A DNA stretch of 58,122 bases, the filler included, from Bipalium vagum (taxonomy: Eukaryota): NCBI GenBank assembly GCA_037834085.1. It is 3 parts of 3 records of this genome, joined end to end, with 100 filler letters (N's around TTAATTAATTAA, not from the genome) between each part and the next. Parts side by side here need not be neighbours in the genome. Positions count along the whole stretch, not along the records: positions 1 to 17,710 come from JBBMKC010054777.1; 2 more parts are not named here. One strand, 5' to 3'. The notes under the pieces are model-generated. The model was not told the DNA's origin, made no database searches, and saw only the letters and a program-made list of their open reading frames with translations. Positions 1 to 13,200 of this stretch are shown one piece after another. The stretch's first letter is position 1, and the number at the start of each line of letters is the position of its first letter. The translations under genes and the position numbers were made by a program.

Positions 1-299
1 TTTTTTTCTTCATCATTTTTAATTAAATGTTTTATATATATTTTGTAAAATCATAAATGTTATTATTAATGAAAAATTATAATAAGACTATTAGTAGTAG
101 GAAAATGACTAAGATAAATCAATATTCAAGCTTTAAAATATAAATTAAAAAAACATATCATTTTTGTCCGAAGTTATGAGTGTTAATTAATAAAATATCC
201 AGCTTTTTTATAGTTTCACATTTTTACATTTTCTAAATTCCATTTTTAGCTGAATATTTTAACTTTAAAAACTCTAACAGACTTCTATGAAAAGTAAAG

Positions 300-1013
300 T
301 CAAGCCCAGTTAACGCGTAAATGAATGAGTTGGATTTTTTTTATATTAAAAGGGTGTAAAGATTTTAAATGTAATTCTCCTGGATATTTTCCTGTTATAA
401 ATTTTTTAAAAAAATTATTATTTGTAACTGTTGATTGAATAACACCACTTGTTTTGTAAAAAATTTGATAATTTTCTTTTATTTTTTCATTAGTATTTTC
501 ATTAGTACTGTTTTCATTATTAATTTCATTGGTACTATTATTAAACTCTATGTTTGCATTTAAATGTTTACTTTTATTATATTCTGAAATAATTTTAATA
601 CAAACTTCACAAAAATATATCAGACATTTTTTTTAAAAAGAAAATAAAGATTATGCATAAAATTAGATATTGAACCAGTGAAAAAATGAGAATAATTAAC
701 GTTAAATAACTTTAAAATATCCTACTTTACTGAATATTCCACAAATTCATATTTTGACTTTTATTTTTATAAATGTCTAAATATGGGCTATTTAGGGTAA
801 AAATAGCTCCACAATATACTGCTTGCGGGATATTCCAGAGCTATAAATACTCACCAAAGCGATGATAATTTGGTAAAGACTATATTTTTAAGTATTATTT
901 TGAATGAATATTTTCTTGTAATAAAATATTGCATAAAATATGTTACTAAAAATACATACTGTAAAAATAATGAAATCAAAATCGAAACTTGTACTATTTA
1001 AATATAACTTCAT
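300..1013 (-). CDS. Putative small multi-exon gene divergent from the CCDC18-like gene (unknown product, Asn/Glu-rich segment)
   Basis: Three consensus donors on the minus strand (GTAAGT at 1081, GTATGT at 959, GTGAGT at 854). Phase-compatible coding exons 1013-960, 879-855, 583-446 and 391-300 give ~102 aa: MKLYLNSTSFDFDFIIFT-SLPNYHRF-EYNKSKHLNANIEFNNSTNEINNENSTNENTNEKIKENYQIFYKTS-GKYPGELHLKSLHPFNIKKIQLIHLRVNWA*. No recognisable homology; 3' end uncertain. Confidence 0.35.
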
Positions 1014-1268
1014 TTATAATAAAAACAATAATTTTCTAGCATTTTAACATGTCAAAAATAAAATTGAATATTTTTACTTACAGCTGATTAAATATAATAA
1101 AAACGTTATTGTGTAAAACAATTTAAAATTATTTCAATTTTTAAAATATTATATTTAAAACTCATTGTTTAAAAGTAGTAAGTAATATAAGCGTTTAATT
1201 TATATAGTTACTGATTTTTTAAAATTGTATTTTTAACGTTTGTTTTTAATCTAATCTATAATAAATTA

Positions 1269-4200
1269 ATGGCTGATTGTAAAACTTATCATAACTTTGA
1301 AGCTGAAAATCAAAGGCTTCATAAACAAAATTTAAAGCTAATTGATAAATTAGAAGAAGTCACACGTGAACTTGTAAAATCTAAAATTAAGGTATTTAAT
1401 ATTTGTTATTGTCCTTTTTATTTTGAAAATTTTTTAAGATTAAAGAACTGAAATTGAAAAAAATGGAAATTAGTAAAAATGGAAACATTAATTCTGTTGT
1501 GGGTTTAAATAGAAACTTGGAAGAAGACAATAAAATACTTTGTGAAGAATTAAAATACCAAATTAGCTTGAATAAAACGTATGTTTTTTCTTTTCTCTCA
1601 ATATTTTATTACATGGTAAAGTTAATCTTTTTGTAATATAATGATAATATCCTACGAAAGAAAGAGATTAATGTTAAAAATTACTTGATTCAATTTTCGA
1701 TTAAATTTTAAATTGTATTTATATTGATAATATATTTTTCAAACCAATGTCACATATTGGCTGACAGGGGATCATAGATAATAATTTAGAATGTTCAATA
1801 GAGACAGCTAGACTCAGTGCTGTATGTGCAGGATATGAATATCACTGTGAGAATACTGCTGGGTTATATACTCAGAAATAGACGTCTGAACTAGGCAAGA
1901 GAACATCTAAATTGGGATAGCAATAAATTGAAGTTTACATCTCTATCTTCACTGGACTTCAATGATGGTCGAATAAGAGTCAGACGCCAGAAAACCGAGA
2001 GATATGTAGATTGCTGTAGCATGTAGCATAATAGGTATGGTAGTGCAAGTGTTATGATATTGTGTGTCATATGGTGTAATGGTAGAACAGCTGCAATTAT
2101 TATTGATGGGACATTAAGTGATGCACGTTATTTGAAAGAAATTATCAACCAGCACATCATTCCAAATACTAAACAGCATCATCTTATGTTGAAATATGAT
2201 AACTCAAAACCGTATACTGCCAAAACAGTGGCTGATGCTTTGAGTGAGCGAGTGTATCAGTTCTTCTATGGCCTACACGTTCACATGATATGTCTCCCAT
2301 TGAACATGCTTGGAATCAACTTGGTCTACGTATAAAAACAATGTATGAACAAACAGCAACTACAACTGCAGAACTTGCCATCAGACTTTTAGAACAATGG
2401 GAACTCTTACCCCAAGAAGATTGTCAAAATTTAATTTTAAACATGACTAAAGAATCAGCGAATATATTGAGAACAGAGGAGGACATACTAGTTATTAACT
2501 CCATAATTAAATTTGTTTGTATTGTATAATTTTAATAGAAATTACTTTTTTTAAATTTAAAGTACTTTTTTGTGGAAGAGTATAGTTTCTATACCGCATT
2601 TATACTTTCATATTCCTTTGGTAAATATTTTTTTCACTCTTGAGATTCTCTTTACCAGGCTTAAACTATTCTCACAAGTGCAATGGGAAATACAATTCAG
2701 TGATCCCTGAATTTCTTTATATGTATTTCCATGGTATTCTTGAGTAATCCTGTGAACTTAGTAATTTTTTTCATTAACCAAAGATGTCAATAAATAACTT
2801 AGCCTGATTCGTGCCCCTTGTCCACATTTGAATTACAAAAAGTATTAAAAAAATGTATTTTTTGATGGCAGGTCAGTACAATTTTCAATTTAAATTTATT
2901 TAGTAATATTTCATCTTATATCGAAGATCATAGGAAATAGTCAATTGCACATATTTTTAAAGATTTAAATTAGATTCACATCTTATTTTTAAATTGAAGG
3001 AACTAGTTAAAAATGACTTTAATTCATCAAAAATAATAATCATTTTCTGTCATCCTTTTCATTGTCTTTTCCCGAAACTTTTCGACTGATAATTAGATAG
3101 TATTTAATTAAGTTGCTCTGTAAGAAAGTTTGGATTTTCAATAGTAAATAAAATAAGATATAAAAAGAGTTAGTTAATAAATTTTCTTAAGTAAATATTT
3201 TCAATTGGTGTTCGATGGAATAATATATTTTGTCCATGGAATAATACCTGCTTAAACAAAAGAGCACCTAACCATTGATCGTTGACGGATGTTGTATACA
3301 ATCCACTTTTCCTCTCATGTTATGATACGAAACAAAGATAGATCAATTTTGTTCCATTTAATTAACCAAAAACAAATACGCATTCTTTTTTGTTTTTCAG
3401 TTAAAACAAATTTTTTAAAGCTCTTTGAGATAGTAAAAATGATTGAGTTAAAAACATTAAAATCTTGAGGAAGTATTCATTTTTCATGTTTTTATTTATT
3501 GTACTGATTCTATTAGCTAAAATTTTGCCTAAGAACCTTGTGTCCTTGTTTTCTAAATATTTTCTTCAACAGCTGTCTTCAAATAGGTTTTTATTTAAGG
3601 GAGAAATCGATCTTTCGATGTCTTCCTTTCTGAGACTCAGGTCACTCAATGCATCATTAATCTTCATTTCTTGTGATGCTCTGTGGTTCAGGTTGAATTC
3701 ATACAATATGTATGTCCTAATTTGTTCAACCTTGTCTAGAGAACAGCGAAAATAATTTTTAAATTAATATATTTATTAAAACTTTTAAATTGGTAATAAT
3801 GCTTAAAAATTTCTCTTTAATTTGATATATGTAAACAAATATTCCAATTTAACTTATTGAAGAATTTTAATTTAAAATTTGATATAAAAAATCCACAATT
3901 ACATACTGGAGAACCTAATAACAGATAAAGATTTTTAAGAAAGGTCGTAAAATACGCTTTCTTAATTATTTCTCTTACAAAACGTGGAGAAATTAAAATT
4001 TCATTTAATATAAGAACTGAATATAAATTTATTATGATCTGAATATCATTTATTATAAATAACAGATTTTCGAAAATTGAGGCTTGTCAGGAAAATAATT
4101 GTAACAGTTTTGAAAAACTGGAAAATTTAAATGATTTTACGGAGGAACACATAACTATATTAAAAGACCAAATTCAGAAAATGCAGAAAGAGAATTTGAA

Positions 4201-7200
4201 AAATCAGAAAAATTACCAGAAAAATGAATACAGTTACAAACTGGGTCAGATCGGTATCTTAGAAGCTTTGAAAAGGACGACTCTTGAAAATGAATCTCTG
4301 AAAGAAAAGGTATTAGAATTGGAACAAAAATTTTAAAAATTTCTTTGAAGATTTGCAGTCTTGAGTCACAAGTAAATCAGAATTTGGTGATTATTGGGGA
4401 AAATAAGCAGCTTAAGGTGAATTTGAATCAAAACCAGAGTGACTTAATGATTATGAAATCCGAGCTGGAGACACTCAAGATAAGATTGATGGAGTCCGAA
4501 CAGACATGTCAGGTACAATAATTTTTGAACTAAAACAGTCTTTTTCATGTTTTTATTTATTGTACTGATTTTATTAGCTAAAATTTTTCTAAGAACCAAT
4601 TCTCTGTTTTCAAAAAGTCTTAAGAGAAATTTTCTTATCCAGAATAATTTTTAAACAATGAATTTGTATTTTTTTAGTTATTTTAATATTCGAAGGACGT
4701 ACCAAAGATTCTGCATCAAAGCTATTAATTTATAAAATTTCTAGCTTTTAATAAAACCAACTTAGCAATTCAATAGATCAAATTGTTTGATGTGTGTAGT
4801 GTCATTTCGGTATTAATTTATAACCTGGATACAAATATTAGTTCCATCTAATCATTTTAGTGATGAATAATTTTTCTCAACAAATTTTTCTAGTCTACCT
4901 CGGTTACTGATCGACTAAAACACATTACGGAGATAGTGGGCCTTACAGGTTTACAGAGAGCCAATGGATGACGCCTTTTGTGTCCGGAAGGGAATCAGTT
5001 GAAGATGAGCCACATAGTAGTGCACTCATATGAATCTGTTGCTCGTGTGCGTTCCCTGTTGGATGAAGACTGAGTGATGAAATTGTTGAAGCTAATTCAT
5101 ATTATTCATCGGTTGCTTTGCAGAGAACTATCCATTATAACTTGGGAATAAGCAAGGTTTGTGCAAGATTAGTGTCTAGACTGATGATGGAGAAACAGAA
5201 CGCTTTCATTGTGAAATGGCATTGGGTATTTTGGAGACGTTCGGAGATCATTTTTGGTCTCGCATTATTACCATTGATGAGACTCTTGCCTCACGTGCTT
5301 AAAATCAAGCGTCAATACTTTCAGCCGGTGGCACATGGTGAACAACAGTCGGTTCATGCCGAGTGAACTTTATCAGTTTGAAATACCAAGTGACTGTATT
5401 TTGGTACTGCAAAGGACTTATATATGTACTTCTGTTATAATTAATAACACTGATAATAAAAAAACTGTGCACAACACTTTGACAGAAATTCGTCTCCTGA
5501 AATGTCAATTGCCGATTTTTTGGTCAAAGACAATGCCCGAATTAATACCTAAAACTTTTCTATGACCAAAATTCGTGAACTGAAGTGGAAAATATTTTGA
5601 ATCAGAATGTCGAAGATGATCTCATAATTAATATTCCAAGAGAAATTAATAAAATTTATCCACCGTATTCGCCAGACCTGGCTCCCAGTGACAACTTATT
5701 TGGTTTTATCCCTTTCGCACTGTTCATTTCATTTCATGAGAAGTAGTTCACCTCTGAATGGTTTGAGCAAAGGATAAAAAACTAGAGGAATGGTGGAATA
5801 ATTGTATTAGCTTGCTTGATGATTATGTGAAACTGTGAAATGTTGTTATCCTTTGTTTGTTGATACTTAATAAATTCAATACTACGTTCAGAAATGTTGG
5901 TATACCTTCCTTATTAAAAATTTATATTTAGATTAAAAACCAGTTAAACTTAATAGTCTTTAAAAATATAAATTGATGAAGTTAATCTTAAAGGAAATAT
6001 ATTTTTTTTATCTGCTTTCACATGGTTTGTTCTGTTTTTTATTTTATTATTATTATTTTATAATCCTTAATATTAAATATTTAATGATAATGATAAATGA
6101 AGTTAATCTTTTTAATTAATTTATTAAAAAAAATTTAAAGAAAGAGATAAATAATTATATTTTCAGAAAGAGAATTATTTTTATTTATTAAATATCTACT
6201 TAATGTTTAAGAACTTTTTAATTTAATTATTGTTTTAAAAAATCCCAAGGATATAGGAAATCTAAATGTTTAATTTTATGAAAATATTCCTAATGATCAA
6301 ATTTTTAGATTTATTTGGAAAAGCAAAACATTGTGGAAAAAGAGATGAGAGATCAAAGGGAAGATTACAAAAAGTTAGTTGGAGAAAATCAAGAATTACT
6401 TAAAATGATTGAGGAGCTTAAATCAAATGAAACAAATTCAAAACCAGTGACTTCAAATGACAATGATAAGATAATCGATGAATTGATGAACATGGAAAAG
6501 AAATTGGAAACTACTGAAAAAAATTTGAATCAACTGAGACTTGAGAAGTTTGAAATAGAGAAAGATAATTTATCAAAAATCGAACTCATTAAGCAATGTT
6601 TGTTTAAATTGTTTATTTATAATATTTTGAAATTTTTTCCTTTATTATTTATTTATTTACAAATAGTTTCTACATAATCAATGTCAAATCACGAAATATA
6701 TTTTAAGAAATGAAAAGAGCGTTAAGGGATAAAATGAAGCCTGAAGAAAAAGCAAAACGAATTTTCTTGAGAAATTATTTATTTTTGATCTTATCAGCTT
6801 CCCAGTGGCTTCACATTTTATTGAACAGAAAGCGTGTTAAAAATTAATACTCAAATATAAAGCTCATTAAAAACATGATAAATTAATTATATTTGTTTAC
6901 TAGGATGACAAGATTTATAATAAACTATATATTCATTTAAATATATTATTACTATATTAAAAAACATAATTAAAAAATTATTCATAACATAAATAATAAA
7001 AAATTATAAAATAAAATTTTGCTTCTATCTATTGATGGAGTTTTCAAAATTGCATTTCTGGTTGTACTGATCTAGTCGGTTACATTAAATGTAATGTTAA
7101 AAAATTTAATGAAACTAAAATTGTCAATCAGCAGAAAATGTTATATTATTTTATAGAATATATATATTATTATTTTTTTAAAATATTTTTTCTGCAATTT

Positions 7201-10200
7201 TTAAAATTATATCTTTAAGCAATAAAACATTTTGTTTACAAATAATTTCCTTTATTAATTAGGATTTTTCAAAGCTTTCCACCAGTTTATTCGAACAATT
7301 ATTTCAGAAATCGGTAGATCTACTCATAAAGAAGTTGGTCAACCACTTTTCAAGATCTTCCTGCTTCTCAAAAGTTAGAAAAATTTTGTTAGAAATCTTT
7401 GAACGCAAAGTCTGGGGAAAACGGAGGTTTTTGAAGAAACCTCACAATCGAATGCTTGAAAGGCGGATAATTTTTACGTTATCATGGCTAATGACTTAGG
7501 GTTGTTTTTTCTGTCTTTAGTCTTTCATAATGTCGTTTACTTTACATAATTGATTCATGTATAGGTATTGTCGACTGCATTTAAATCTGTGTCATTTCCC
7601 AGTGATTGAGACAGGCCAAATGTCACGAAACATAGATAATAATTTTCTTTGGATGCAAATATTGTTTAATTCTAGACTTTGGTATGCAACAACAAACTAA
7701 TCTCTTCTTCTTGTGCTTCAAGTATATATTACAAAAATGTCTCATTTCCAGAATTTTATAATGATGAAGAAACCGTGCCATGTGGTTCCTCGGCGTCTGG
7801 CAAGATTTTGAGTTGCAATTTTTTTTGAGATTTTTGTTCAGTGGATATGTCACACAAACATTCAGTTTTCGATATTAATTTGGTTTTAGCTGTCCGGAGA
7901 CTGTCATTGGATTCTGAGACAAATCTCTTCATGTTTTCTTTCTTCAAATCTCTTCATTTTTTCACGAGTGTTATTGATTATCATCTAAAATGAATGGGTA
8001 ACCAGTATGTAGAGTGTTTTTAAGGTTGAATGTGTCACTTTCGATTTCCTCGTTTCAAACCATGCCAAAACACGTTCTGGCTTACAAATTACAAATTTCT
8101 TAGATCACTTCTGCAACTTTTTGACCTAATTTAAAATAAAATGAGATGAAAACAAATTGACTATACTTTTGTTGAGCAGAAAAAGATCTTTTAAATAAAT
8201 TTATTTTGTGTTAAATGAATATGAATCAGTAAAATAAAACCTTAAAATGATAAAATCACGAAAAATGGTATTTTTATTATTTACAAAATACTATTCTGTT
8301 TCAGACTATATTTTAAAAACAATTTTTGTCTATTTTAATTTAATTTATTTTTATATAGTGATGAAGCATGAACCATTTGGGGTTTCCAAGTATTTTGTGT
8401 GATTTCACTCAAAGAATAACCAAGTGCCTGCTTTAAGAAATGTCTTTAATTTATTAATTATCTTCATTAAACTCCAAAATATTTATACTGTTTTTTCAAC
8501 ATTCAATTTTAAAAATCATATTTTTACAATTTTGAATTCATATATTATTTTAGCAGTGAACCTAAATAGCTTTTAATGTTGACAAAGATTGTATTTTTAG
8601 CAGAAATTGAGCAAGAAAAGTTAAGAATCGAAATAGACCAGTTGAATGAGACAAGATGTAATATTGATTTCAAATTAAAATCAAAACTCAACGAAGTAGA
8701 CAACTTGACCTGTCAATTGGCATCAACCACACAACGACTAGAGATACGTGAAAAGAGAACAAATGAATTGGTGGAGCAGATGTCTTTAAAGTCCGCTGAA
8801 GAATCTGAATTAAAATCCATGTTATCTAAACAAACGGAAAAAATTAATCACATGGAGGTATTTTGAAAATAAGCTTTTCTCTAATTTTTATGACATCTTG
8901 AATTTTTAATTATTTAAAATGAGCTTAGTAAAAGAATTTGTGAATTATTATAATAATTAGAATTTGTGTCAATGAGAATTCAACTTATAATATTTCATTT
9001 ACTCAAAAATGAATTTAATTTTAATTTATGTAAATCGTTTTGTTTCTAATTGATAAGTGTCTTAACTTTGAAACAGTTTGCATTTTGAAAGGACTTTAAA
9101 TATAAGAAGGTCTAAATCAAATATGCATCAACATAATAAGAAATTTTTGGAATTTTTAATGTAATATTAATTGGAAAATATTTTTTTTCTGTTTTCAGCA
9201 CTAAATTTAAAATACAATCTAATGAAAAGAATATGGATAATTTTCTGTTTAATTTTTTAATTAATAAACGAATTAGTTAGATTAATATATAATTATTTTG
9301 TCTTATATTAATTTGACATATTTTAATGAAATTTTCTTTAAAAATATATAAAATTAAACTTGAACTGTTCTCATCGATACTAAAAATTTTTAATCTTAAA
9401 TATTTTATTTATAAATAAATTCAAATGTAATTTATTAATAATTATATTATTTATTATAGTATATGTAATAATTTTTTTGTAATATTTAACGATATCATAA
9501 ATATAATTTAGATAAATTAAACATAATCTAATATAATAAAATAAAAGGTCAATAAAATATTAAATATAAAATGTTCAGTCGGAAATAAGAAGATATCAGA
9601 GTGAATTGTCAAATTTATCAGAAGAAAAGTGTACTTTGTTGCAAAATATCAATAAATTACAATCTACTTTCACAGAAAAATGTGCAATGATTCAGAATTT
9701 AGGTCTACGATTGAATCAAGTCGTTCTAAAGAATACAGATCTGGAAAATTTCTTGGAATCAGAGAAATCATCGTGTGATAATAAGGTTCAAGAAATGAAG
9801 ACCGAAATCAATATTCTTAAAGATAAAAATGAAAAAGTGAAAAACTCAATAAACATTTATGAGAAGCAAAATGGAATATTGAAAAGAAATTTGGAAGTAA
9901 TCACTGAATGTTCTGAGACATATTGAATCTTTTTTTAGGAAGTAACAGCAGAAATGCAATCTTGCAAAAGAGAGGAAGAAAAAATCATTAGAACTTATCA
10001 AGAGGATTTGGAAAAGTGTAATTCACAAATCGTAAAAAAGAGTGAAATTATCGAAAATTATAAATCACAAATTACAGAAAAAATTTATAAGATAAATGAT
10101 TTAGAAAATCAAAATAAAGAAATGCTCTTGAAAATTGTCGATCTAGATCAAAAAGTATTAATTATTGATTTATTTTTTTTTTAATATTGATTATTTAGAG

Positions 10201-13200
10201 GGGTCCATAAAAATTTCGTTTTTAAAAAGCTTTAGCTCGACAAAAATGTATAATAATGATATATTTATGTACTATAATAGTTCTTTTAATAATATTTTGT
10301 TTTTTAAAAACGATATTTCTTATGGCCCTCTCTATAGTAAAATTTTATGACATTAAATAATAGTAATTTTTATAATTAAATGAATTAATATTGTTTTAAA
10401 TAAATAATGAAATAATAATATTAGAAATAATGATATAATAATTATTATAACAATAATGAAAATTATATAATCATTTCCATACTTTTCAGTGCCTCAAATC
10501 CTTTTGGTTTCATAGACTTTGTATTAGGTTAATGTATATATTCTGTCGTTCTCAATATAATAAGTTTATAAATAAATTCAAAACATATCCAAATACAACA
10601 GGTTTCCAATAACAAACATAGTGAAATATTCTCCTCCATTGTTTATCACCTCTTTCCAACGACGAGGTAGTTTTTGGATTCATCGTTTGAAAAATTCCAC
10701 ATTTTTTGAGGAAAATATTTCGTCGACCCATTTTTTCAGTTTTCATCATTTTAAAGGAAATTATATTTATACTGTTCGACATGGATGGGTAGAGATGAAC
10801 GTCTGTTGGAGTGAGATCAGGCAAATATTCCGCATGATGTTGGATCTCCCAACTGAGTTTCTCAATGACTGATTTTTTGAGTTTAGCAGTATGTGGTCGA
10901 CCATTGTCACATGATGTTCCGGTCGTTTCTCACAAATTTCTGCTTTTAATTATACCAATTGTTTGGTATAAATATTTGGGGTTATTGATGTTTTTCTTAA
11001 GTAATCCATAATGAATGACTCCTTTTTGATCTCACCAAACGCTAAGCATTGTCTTTTGGGGATGAAAGTCTGGTTTTGTCCGCGATGTTGGTTGCTGATC
11101 TCGATCCATTCATTTTTTCCTTTCTTTTTAATTAATATAAAGGAACCATTTTTTATCACCGGTTATAATGCGCAATAAAAAAAGGTCGATATTGTTGAAA
11201 CAAAGCAGAATTACTTGAAAGTAATAAGGTACTGATGAAAACTCATTGATATGTGGGACCCATGAATTCACTTTCTGAACCTTATCCATCTATCCGAATG
11301 ACGGACGATTGTTGCTTAGTCAACATCCATGTGACTAGCCAATTCGCGAATCGTTTGACGAGGATTTTCATGCAACAATTTATTGAGAGATCGTCTTCAT
11401 CGAAGTCTCTTTCTCTTCTGGAACGCGTTTCATCATACATATTGAAATTGTTGTTTTTGAATCTTAAAACCCACCTTATGCCGTCCTTCTGCTAGCTGCT
11501 GATTTCCCATAAAAGGAAAATATGTTTCTAGTCGATTCAGCAACATTTATTCCTCGATTAAAATCGAACAGTAAAATAATACGGAAATGATCTTTTTTTT
11601 TCAATTTGGTACTCCATTTTCATAAGCTAAATTACAATTATTTTTAAGCAATAAATTTAAGAAATTACTATTTTATTTAAAGTTTATAACAATTCAATAT
11701 TAATATCATTTATTTTTAAAATGTATTAGTTGGCTGTTTGTGTATTTAATAAATTTAAACAAGGCAACAGAATATATGCATCAACACAAAAATTCCAAGT
11801 TTTTTTCGATTTTGTAATTTTCATTTATTGCTTTATTTCAGATGAAATTTAAATCTATTATTTTCGAAAATGGAAACATTGGGATTGTAAATATTTAATT
11901 TTATTCATTTTATAGATTGAAACAATGTCTACCACTTCTGTTACTCAGAGCGAAGAACTTTCTGAAGCCAAATTGCAAACATTAAATCTTCGCAAACAAT
12001 TACAAAATAATAAAGATAATTGTGAAACAATTAAAATTTTGAAATCAAAATGCAATGATAAAAAGGTAAAAACCGAACAACTGAAAAAAATTAATAAAGA
12101 TTTGGAGGAAAAAGTCGAAGTTGTATCGAAATCGTTATTTGATGAAATGAAAAAATCAGAATCATTACAGTCAAAACTTTTTAAGACTGAAAGTGAATTA
12201 GAAAAACTAAAAGTGAAAGTTAATTTTTCTAAAAATAATGATCCATTGATCAATTTCTCAACTAAATTTAGATAATCTGTTCACAAGAAGATTTGGATCA
12301 CAAGAGAAAATTTTTAGAGAGTTCCAATGAGAAACATGATTTAGAAATGAATCAAATGGAAAAAAAATATCGCTCAATTGAAGCTGATAGAGATGAATTG
12401 TTCAAAAGAACCCGAATGTTGAATGAAGAAAACATAGAGTTGCAAAATGAGTTGACGAAAAATCAAGTTCATTAATGATGTTATACATTAATTCAAAATT
12501 AGATTTTATATACCTTAGATTGAACGAGATGCGCAGACAGAAATAATGCTAACACAAAAAGAAGATATATCACAGAAAGACAAATCACTGAAACAGTTGG
12601 AATCTCAAGTCTTAACTTTGCATGAACATCTCAAGTCAAGTCAACGTAATATTGTCGATAAGTCGAGGGAGATCGATCGAATGGAGCAGTTAGTTCGAGA
12701 TCTTCATGAAGAATTGGAAATTCGTTCCCAACAGTTACTGTCATTTGAAGTGCATTTTAAGCTTTTAACTTGTCATCATTTTTAATTAAAATAAATTTTA
12801 AATTTCAGGGAGATTTGCAATGCAAGTTGAAAGAGAATCAAAAACTTATCGAACAATCAAAAGCAAAGGAAATGCTGTGTTACACTGAATTGAAAACAGT
12901 GAAAGAAAATAATAAAGAAATTCATGAAAAGCTTACTAAAGTTAATGAAAGAAATGAAAAACTGTTGGAAAACTATGATCACCTAGAAAAAGAGTGCCAA
13001 TCATCGAAGCATTCCATGAAAATCTTAGAAGATGAAGTATTATAATTGAATAATTCTAATTTTTATGGAATATTAAAGTTTGAGTAGCGGATGCTGGTTG
13101 CAAATTGTTCTTCTCTTTGTCTGTTAAAACTTTATCACTGATAATTGATACCGTAGTCCCTGATTCTAATAGTGCTGATACCATTCGTTCGTTAATCATC

